Part shown: positions 55,052 through 64,000 of the stretch, in pieces
Numbering within the stretch: the first letter of the stretch is position 1
Layout of the letters: every line of letters begins with the position of its first letter
Source of the DNA: Eledone cirrhosa
Lineage: Eukaryota
Direction: 5' to 3'
DNA: 64,000 nt
NCBI GenBank assembly: GCA_964016885.1
Contig: OZ024752.1
Location: 43,276,001-43,340,000 of the forward strand
Notes under the pieces: model-generated
What the model was told of the DNA's origin: nothing
Database searches by the model: none
The model's input: the letters and a program-made list of their open reading frames with translations, nothing else
Made by a program: the position numbers and the translations under genes

Positions 55052-55490
55052 GCACACAGGTGTGTGGGGGACATCAGGTACACTGAGTTGTTGACACACA
55101 GGTGTGTGGGGGACATCAGGTACACTGAGTTGTTGACACACAGGTGTGTGTGAAGACATCAGGTACACTGAGTTGTTGACACACAGGTGTGTGGGGGACA
55201 TCAGGTACACTGAGTTGTTGACACACAGGTGTGTGGGGGGACATCAGGTACACTGAGTTGTTGACACACAGGTGTGTGTGAAGACATCAGGTATAGTCAG
55301 TGGCTGATACACACACACAGCTGTGTGAAGACATCAGATATAGTGTTGATACACACACACACACACGTGTGTGGGGGACATCAGATACGAGTGACTGACA
55401 CACACCACACAGATGTGTAAAGATATCAGGTACAGTGAGTGGTTGACACACCACACACATGTGTAGAGACATCAGATATAGTGTTGACAA
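55052..55490. repeat. 42-43-bp minisatellite (~6 good plus ~4 decayed copies)
   Basis: ACACACAGGTGTGTGGGGGACATCAGGTACACTGAGTTGTTG at 55094, 55136, 55179, 55221, 55264. Confidence 0.95.
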
Positions 55491-55599
55491 AGAGGTAAAG
55501 CTGCAAATGAAAAATGTTCCAAATACAAATACAAAACATAGCTAAGACTATCAACATTTTAGTGAAATGTTTTAATAAAGATAAAAGCATTCAGTGGTT

Positions 55600-55849
55600 A
55601 GTTTGATTTACTGGTGGAGTTCCGCTGAAGCAGGGGGAGAAATCCAAGTATCTCGGGGCCATGTTCACAAGTGATGAAAGACGTGAGGCTGAATTAAGTG
55701 CAAGAATTGCAGGAGCTGGTGTAATAATGTACCAACTTTAACATTTGGTAATAAGAAGACGGGAGGTAGGTGTAGAAGCCAAACTCGCTGTTTTCAATTT
55801 GGTATTCATGCCAACCCTTACATGTGGTCATAAATCTTGGGTAATGTCC

Positions 55850-55880
<31 letters not shown>

Positions 55881-56215
55881 TTGCAAATACAAGTGTCCGA
55901 AATGGAATTCATTCCAAAGGGTCTTTGGACTAACATTACTCAATAGAGTGTGTAGCTCGGAGATCACAGCTCCTATATTATGGGCATGTGGTTAGAACGT
56001 CTCAGAAAAGAATTGATGGAGAGATTTCACGGGCAAAACCAAACGGCAGGAGATTCAGGGGCAGACCCTGAGCAAAATGGCTGGATAACATCCATGAGCT
56101 CAACCGGTCTCGCTTGCAGATCCAACCAGATCAATTGGAGATGGTTGTTTCTGAAAACCCACTGGATGGAGTGTTTAAGGACTCTGCTCCCACGATCCTC
56201 CCAGAATAAGTGGGA
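55600..56215 (+). mobile_element. Degenerate RTE (Expander-like) LINE 3' fragment
   Basis: KYLG.MFTSD, AKLAVFN.VF.PTLT.GH.SWVM, EM.F, YYGHV, GRP..WLD.I across frames. Confidence 0.8.
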
Positions 56216-57409
56216 GAAAAACAAGGAGAAAAAGAAAGAGGAATAGATTATATTCCCGTTAAATAGAATTTTTTTTTTTTTCATATTTGAAAAATCAGCA
56301 ATGAAATCAATACTCTGGAAAAGATCAATATTCTCTCTCTAACACACACAACTATGATTATACATCAATGGAAATACCTATAAAGAAAAGAAAATATTTC
56401 CAAACAACACTCCATGTGTGCACACACAAACATTATATATATATATACACTAGATATTTTTTGTTACAAATTCCTAACCTTGCCAATACTGACTACAATT
56501 AGTTTCTATAAATAAATAAAAAAAAGACTCAGAAAGTTAACAGATTTTTCTATGTAGAGTGAAGTATGGCTTTGTTTCCCACAGTAGAACTATCTAGAAA
56601 TAATGGGGAAATATTCAGTAATTCAATATAAATTATAGAAAGACAATCAATTTTCCATTTACAATTGTATGGCTGCCAAGTTTTGAAGATCAATTCACTT
56701 ATGTTTTATATTTGAATCAATAAACACCATTAGCAGACTTATATTCCAGTCAATCATTCCCCCAATGTTAACAGACTCTATCCCAGTCTACCATTCCACT
56801 AATAAACAACATTAGATCCCTTCCATTCCACCCAACCTTACTAGTGAACTACATAAGTAGTAGTAGTAGTAACCTGATATTACAATACATTTACAAATTT
56901 TGCTGATTGAAAAGTATTCTCCTGTCAAACAGCTTTACTAACAATGGTCTGATATCTAGACACAAGGCCAGCTGTTTGGGGGGGGATGATATAAGTCAAG
57001 TACAACCCCAGTACTTAACTGGTACTCTCTTTACCGCAACACATTTTGTCCGACAAATGATTGTTTCTACTTTTGGCACAAGGCCAGCAATTACCCCAGT
57101 GCATTACAGGTGCTTTATTTCTACAATAATAAAATGTAGACTCTACTGATGCATTATCAACCCCGTAAGGATGAAAGGCAAAGTTAACCTCGGCAGGATT
57201 TGAACTCAGACCGTAACTCTATGCTGCAAAGCATGGTGTTCGAGCCCCTCCCGATACTGCCAATCCACCGCCACTACAATGCATGCAAAAGTGATCATTA
57301 GGAACGTTATATTAGTATTTAATTGCCTATGGGATTCAAGAATTTACAAAGAATTTTTATAAATGATGGTGGGAAGAAACAGAGACCCCCCCCCCTCCAG
57401 CAGAAGCAT

Positions 57410-58510
57410 TGGTTATCAAAGTTGACAGAGGGTTAGGGGTTTGGGTCAAAGAAGCAATCAACAGCAGAAATGTCAAGCAAGTCACCTGTGTAGTCAATCA
57501 GGTAATACATGACGGTGTCCTCCCCATTGACTGGCATAACATACAACCATTGTTACAAGTGAAAAGGTGATGCTCTAGAGAGGAGTAGCTACAGAAGCAT
57601 AAAACCAGTGGATCAAGTTATGAAAATATCAGAAAGAGTTTTGGCACAACTAATTAGGGAAAGAATCAAATTATATATATGAAATCCAGTTTGGTTTTGG
57701 ACAAGAAAAGAGCATTACAAGTGCCCTCTTCTTAACGAGACAACTACAAGTTGTTTTTAGCTAAGTGTAAGCCACTATATCTAGCTTTTGTTAACCTGGA
57801 GAAGGACTTGGACACAGTTCCATCATCTGGTATCTTGTGGTCATTAAGGAAATTGAGAGGTAGATGAGTGGCTTGTAAGAGCAGTGTAAGCCATGAACAT
57901 AGGTGAGGTCAGCAATGTGAGAGTAGGTAATTCAATGTGCAAAGAGGTGTCTATCAGGGTTCAGTCCTCAGCCCATTTTTGTTTAGTTTATTATAGTTTA
58001 AGATTGGCTGCCCATCGAGACTCCTGTATACTGATAACCTGGTTCTTATTGTTGAATCTGTGGAAGAAATTCCTACTGTGGAAACAAAATCAAAAACATT
58101 CAGAGTAAACTTAGCAAAGACTGAAGTTTTAATAAGTAGGAAAGAAGACTCTGGTCTCCTCAGAAAAGTGGCCAAGCTCAATATGTTACAAAAAAAGTAG
58201 GTAGGAATTCTATGCGATGTAATCATTGTAAATATTCGGCACACAAAGTGTAGTGGGATAATTGTCAGACTAACAAAAAAGGAAGATTTTGTTTGTGGGA
58301 GATGTACAGGGGGTAGTTAGAAGTTAAGAACTCCAATGAAATAAATATTTCCAATATAGGGAAGGCTCCATAGAATTGGTTGATAGTTTCTGTTAACAAG
58401 GTGACCTAATTAGCAGTGGAGGAGGGTGCTCTGAAAGTATAGTAGCTAGAATAAGAACAGGATAGAAAAGGGCCAGAGAATTACTACCTTTGTTGACAAA
58501 AGATTTCTCT
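57410..58510 (+). mobile_element. Old, decayed RTE LINE RT fragment related to the 1150-3808 element
   Basis: KGDALER..YR.IK..DQVMK..ERV.AQLIR, PLYLAFV.LEK, DEWLV.AV, Zn-finger remnant, D.IS.GGGCSES...RIRTG; many stops. Confidence 0.85.
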
Positions 58511-59565
58511 CTATGAACAAAAAATGAAATGTAAAGTTTAGATGGTTTCCTATGAGGTTTTACCTCAAAGATTTCTAGGGTGGTTTAATGATGAGGGCCT
58601 GTCTTATGAAGATGAAATGAAATGACGTGTCTTGCTTTAGAACACGAGCCCAACACACGAATCACTAGGTCATTATATATACATATAATAGGTAATTGTT
58701 GTTTTCAATTTTGAAATTGAAAGAAAAATGGTATCCTTGTATATTTATTGTCTGTACAGACAAATGTTTTACGGTCATTTTCTCTGTACAGAGAAAGAAA
58801 ATATATCTGCATCAACTGAAATAAAATGCTAAAATTTAAAGAATTATAGTTTCAAAGTAAGAACATTCATTTACAACTGATCATTGTATGTGTATCATAG
58901 TAAAAGGTCACAGAAAAATTAAAAAATACATTTTAGGTAAAGTAAAATTAATTCAAGAAATATGTAAACATTACATCAACAACTGCTGTTCATTTTCTTT
59001 GATATATAACATTTGAAGATATGGTAAAACATAGCCACACTAGATTATTCTGTGGTTGATGTTAGTCCTGGGGATAGCTACAACAGGAAATAAACTAATA
59101 TAGGATTTGGGATTATATTTAAAATAGTAAAAATGGCAGGAGTTGTAGGCAGGAGAAAGGTGTTATGAGGAATAAATAGTTAAAAGCTAATGGTGATGAA
59201 ACAAGATTTCAGGAAGAAATCTCAAGAATTAATCCAGTCTATGTATAACCAAAGGAAAAATAGCAAAGCTTGATACAAATACAATTAGCATTTACCAGCA
59301 AATGTTGATACAAATGTAGAAAATAAACATGCAGTAATGGATATATTCTTTCTATATTAGTTGTTTCAAATGTGCACATCTACAATTTTACAAAAACTAA
59401 ATATTATCTAAAATTCTCTAGAAATATGTCAGTAACATTTTCTTTTAACCCCTTTCTTACTAAATCTCATGAAATCACCCCCTGGTTCTATGATACAAAA
59501 TGGTTTGTTTTTAAGTGTTTATATGTGTTGTGTTGTTTCCTACCGGGTGATGTGTTGTTTCCTAT

Positions 59566-59892
59566 GGAGGCACATGGCTTAGTGGTTACAGCATTGGCCT
59601 TGCAATCGAAAGGTTGTGAGTTCAATTCTCAGACTGGGTGATGTGTTGTTTCCTTGAGCAAGACACTTTATTTCACATTGCTCCAGTTTACTCCGCTGTA
59701 GAAATAAGATGATAGGGACTGGGGTCCCTATCATTCCACTGCAAAGTGGTCGTGTAGGTGCCACGGCAAAAAAGCACCCAGCATTCACTGTAAATGAGGT
59801 TGGTGTTAGGAAGGGCATCCAGCTGTAGAAATCAAGCCAGCATCAGTTCCCGTCCCACCCTTGCAAGCAGGGAAAAGCGGACATAAAATGAA

Positions 59893-59921
<29 letters not shown>
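59566..59921 (+). mobile_element. Full-length Ceph-type tRNA-SINE, nested in a TTAA-bounded MITE (59445-60088)
   Basis: Near-identical to the reverse complement of 6571-6918. Confidence 0.88.
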
Positions 59922-59923
<2 letters not shown>

Positions 59924-60598
59924 ATCTGAAAATCTTCCATCATAATTGTATATAAGAACCTTTCTTTATTAAGTTATGTTTCAAACACTAACTTAATAAT
60001 GAGATTAGTTATATTACTAAATCCCTTCAAATTATTTGAAAACCATAGACAGCATCTTTCATTAGAAATATGGCAACAAAAGGGTTAATCTATAAGTTAC
60101 GATTACTGGAATAGAGTATCAAGTCTAGTCTGTCGGGAGGTTTGGTTATGTCTTCAACGCCTGTGATCTCTGACTGTCATTTTTAATAAACAGTCCTCAT
60201 ATAAATTGCACTACAATCTAGGTACCAACTTAATTCACTCCTTAACATTTGGTACCTCACACATTGCTCTCATACAACGAAGGTACATCACACATCATTC
60301 TCATTTAATGTCCATTCGCTCTGCTAGTAAGAGTTGGACTCCACAGTCCTATTACAAATGTTACCACACTCCACACCTTAATATTTGGTAGTAAACAAAC
60401 ATCATACAATCCAAGTGCCTCTCTATACAAATGATAGCCCATCTCCTTCATGCTAAGTTTATTATAAGTTAAAATATACAACTCCAGTTAGTCTGGTTTA
60501 AATACAAAATAAATACCTACAGTAAAACAAGATTTGGTTAAAGGGAGTCAGAATTAGCTAATACACACCCACAAAAAAACTGGCTATGTTAATCCTTT

Positions 60599-60710
60599 AA
60601 ATACTAACCTAATTGAAACCCCACAATTAAAGTGTTCAAATTTAAATACTAACCTACCTGAAACCCCACAATTAAACTGTTCAAATTTAAATACTAACCT
60701 ACCTGAAACC
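60599..60710. repeat. 45-bp tandem repeat (~2.5 copies)
   Basis: ATACTAACCT at 60601, 60646, 60691. Confidence 0.85.
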
Positions 60711-61880
60711 TCATTATTACACAAGTATTTGATTTCAAGTAATTAAATATTTATCTTTCGTTACAATATTGAAAGTTAATTGTGTCACTAAAACCTCTTG
60801 TAATTTATTTTTACTTTGATAATTAAAACACAAAGGCAGTATATTCTTGTTAGGAATATTGTTACAAAAAGGTTAACTTATGTATGGATATTAGAACAGT
60901 TATTTAGGCATATCAACCCATGTCAATATAGTAATAGCATTCATTAAAATATTTTGTGATGCAATGAAATATTCAAACATCAAAATTAGTAAAACTGTTT
61001 ACAAGATAACAAAACTATTTTATCATATAAGTACTTTGATACAAGCTAAAAGACAATAAACAATTTCATTTCTATTGTATATTTTTAAAGTTCTAAAGTA
61101 CATATTTAATTCGAGCTGGGCAGGATTTTCTGAATAATGAAATATATTGCAACTAGTCTATCAGAGTCCTTAAGAAATTACCCAAACTCCCACACATCTG
61201 CTTTAAAACAGTTACCTCTTCAACATTATACATGTTATATGCTAACAAATCTACCTGTAGATGGGAGGAAAGAAGACTGGAACACATTGGATACTATCAG
61301 CTCTCTGTTGGTCTTGTGGCAAATCTGTCTACACACTTAAGTCCACTTATACCACAGAAAACAGTGGATCTTGCCCTATCGAGAAAGAAATTCTTCATTT
61401 GACCAGCATATTTTAAAACCTGGAGCTAACAGCAGTTTGTGAAAACATCAATTTTATTTTAACCCAATGTCCTGTACCACACGAGACCACATTAGCAAAA
61501 CATTTCTGAAAAGTACAAAACAGCACTATGACTGCATCAATTAAAGATGAAGGTGCTTACTCAATCACTGCAAATTTTCCCAACAATTTGTTCACTAGTA
61601 AAGATACTGTAAACGTTTTAATCAACAAACCTGTTTTTAGATATTTGAAGAAGTTTTATATATATTTTTGTCTGAGTTAAGACTGGAAATGTAACAAACA
61701 TGCACTGTAATACCTAAGCAAACAACTCCTCACAGAACTCTTTGTCATAAATATTATCTTTCCCCACACTAGCAATTCTGTTAGTAATTTACTGAAAATA
61801 TTTTATTCAGCAGATTAAATATATTTATTTCAATAGCTGAAACAAAAAGGAACAAAATGTATATTAAAGCCCAAAACAAG

Positions 61881-61919
<39 letters not shown>

Positions 61920-62254
61920 TCATCATCATCATTTTACATCCACTTTATATATATATATACACATACACAGAGAGAAAGAGAGAGAGAAGGAGCTATAAAA
62001 AATGATTTACAGATCATGTTGCTAGGGAGATTATGTTTAGTGTGAAGGTCACCAAGACAACCAACCAGCTAACATATAAAATAATAATGTTGTAAGTAGG
62101 TAGTTGGTAAATTGTTTTAAACATTAGTTTTTCTGATTCACAATTAGCTGCACTCACAACAGATTTTGAAATTAAAGTGAAACGACTTTAATGATGTTTG
62201 CCACAGCAGGTGACAAATAGAAACAACAATATACACCATATTAATAATGTATTT

Positions 62255-62293
<39 letters not shown>

Positions 62294-62391
62294 GCACACA
62301 CACATGCACAAGACAAAATTAGAATTGTTGACAATCACAGAATTGAATCCAAAAACAAACAAAAAAAAACTTAAGAACCATGGCTATAAAT

Positions 62392-62401
62392 ATGTTGAGG
62401 T

Positions 62402-62439
<38 letters not shown>

Positions 62440-62485
62440 GTTGAGGTGGATATATATATATATATATATATACATATGTTGAGGT

Positions 62486-62521
<36 letters not shown>

Positions 62522-62630
62522 TATCGAGCCCTCTTTGGATTTTAGTCTTCAAATTTATTATTATTACTATATATATATATATACATACATATGTTGAGGT
62601 GGCTATATATATATATATATGTTGAGGTGG

Positions 62631-62668
<38 letters not shown>

Positions 62669-63555
62669 AGGTGGCTATATATATATATATGTTGAGGTGG
62701 CTATATATATATATATATATGTTGAGGTGGCTATATATATATATATGTTGAGGTGGCTATATATATATATATGTTGAGGTGGCTATATATATATATATGT
62801 TGAGGTGGCTATATATATATATATATATGTTGAGGTGGCTATATATACATATGTTGAGGTGGCTATATATATATATATGTTGAGGTGGCTATATATATAC
62901 ATATGTTGAGATGGATATATATATATATATTCATATGTTGAGGTGGATATATATATATAAGTTGAGGTGGATATATATATATATATATATATATGTTGAG
63001 GTGGCTATATATATATATGTTGAGGTGGATATATATACATATGTTGAGGTGGATATATATATATATGTTGAGGTGGCTATATATATATGTTGAGGTGGCT
63101 ATATATATATGTTGAGGTGGATATATATATATGTTGAGGTGGATATATATATATGTTGAGGTGGATATATATATATATGTTGAGGTGGATATATATATAT
63201 GTTGAGGTGGATATATATATATATGTTGAGGTGGCTATATATATATATATGTTGAGGTGGATATATATATATATGTTGAGGTGGCTATATATACATGTTG
63301 AGGTGGATATATATATATATATGTTGAGGTGGCTATATATATATATATGTTGAGATGGATATATATATATATATATTCATATGTTGAGGTGGATATATAT
63401 ATATATGTTGAGGTGGATATATATATATATGTTGAGATGGATATATATATATATATATATATATGTTGAGATGGATATATATATATATATATATGTTGAG
63501 ATGGATATATATATATATATATGTTGAGATGGATATATATATGGTTGAGATGTCT
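62392..63555. repeat. Compound satellite: fixed GTTGAG(G/A)TGG(C/A) core separated by variable-length (TA)n
   Basis: Roughly 50 cores read directly; spacer length varies from unit to unit. Confidence 0.95.
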
Positions 63556-63609
<54 letters not shown>

Positions 63610-63715
63610 AGACATCTCAACCATATATATAGCCAACTCAACATATATATTGTTACACTTTTCAACATATTATGTAGAACCATTTCAGTATATATATATA
63701 TAGGAGTGAGTAGGA

Positions 63716-63809
63716 CCCCGACGGCAGAGCTCAAACCGTTTCGACGGCTATTTCTGGACTAAATTAAAATTTTTAGCCTGGTGAATAAATAGCAGAACTT
63801 TTCAAGGGG
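63716..63809 (-). ncRNA. Type I hammerhead ribozyme, U3:A8 core variant
   Basis: CCCC-UUGAAAA-G..GCUAUUU/AAAUAGC..C-GAA-ACGGU-UUGAGCUCU-GCCGU-C-GGGG. Confidence 0.72.
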
Positions 63810-64000
63810 GTACTTCCTTATATGGGAAGATTGTAGTTGTCAAGAGGCTTGGTTAACACAAATAAGTCTATCAAGCATTTGGTGGGAGGTAGGGGTGGCT
63901 GAACTTGCCTGTAGAACAATAGGGGAGTGAGTGGAGTGGTCAAGCAGCGTTGAAAGTGATATGTATACAGCAGATTCTAAGGCTAGTGAATGAAGTGGAG

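Noticed and set aside
62392-63555. Repeat-spacer appearance suggesting CRISPR
   Set aside because: Core is only ~10 bp, spacers are plain (TA)n, the context is eukaryotic and there are no cas genes.

Overview
AT-rich, microsatellite-laden metazoan genomic DNA, most likely an octopod cephalopod (inferred from Ceph-type and Nin/Deu-type tRNA-SINEs, RTE LINEs and (TA)n density). It holds two convergent genes. One is a Toll-like receptor (+, ~23.6-28.1 kb) whose TIR BB-loop lacks the conserved Pro. The other is an hnRNP U/U-like gene (-, ten coding exons from 51982 to 29674; its 5' exons are not in the window) ending in a single exon encoding a 1208-aa low-complexity tail. The rest is transposon-derived: RTE and CRE LINE pieces, Penelope-like (PLE) RT and GIY-YIG fragments, Helitrons, piggyBac/hAT MITEs and SINEs. 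The most striking unexplained structure is a set of ~10 fold-back palindromes (30-440 bp) sitting in (TA)n tracts. Most carry type I hammerhead ribozyme motifs from several unrelated sequence families, including a U3:A8 core variant and one with a 116-nt stem II. A ~1.15-kb array of a fixed 10-bp core separated by variable (TA)n lies next to the same PLE parts and may reflect telomerase-like reiterative copying. All folds and alignments were done by eye; no searches were run.
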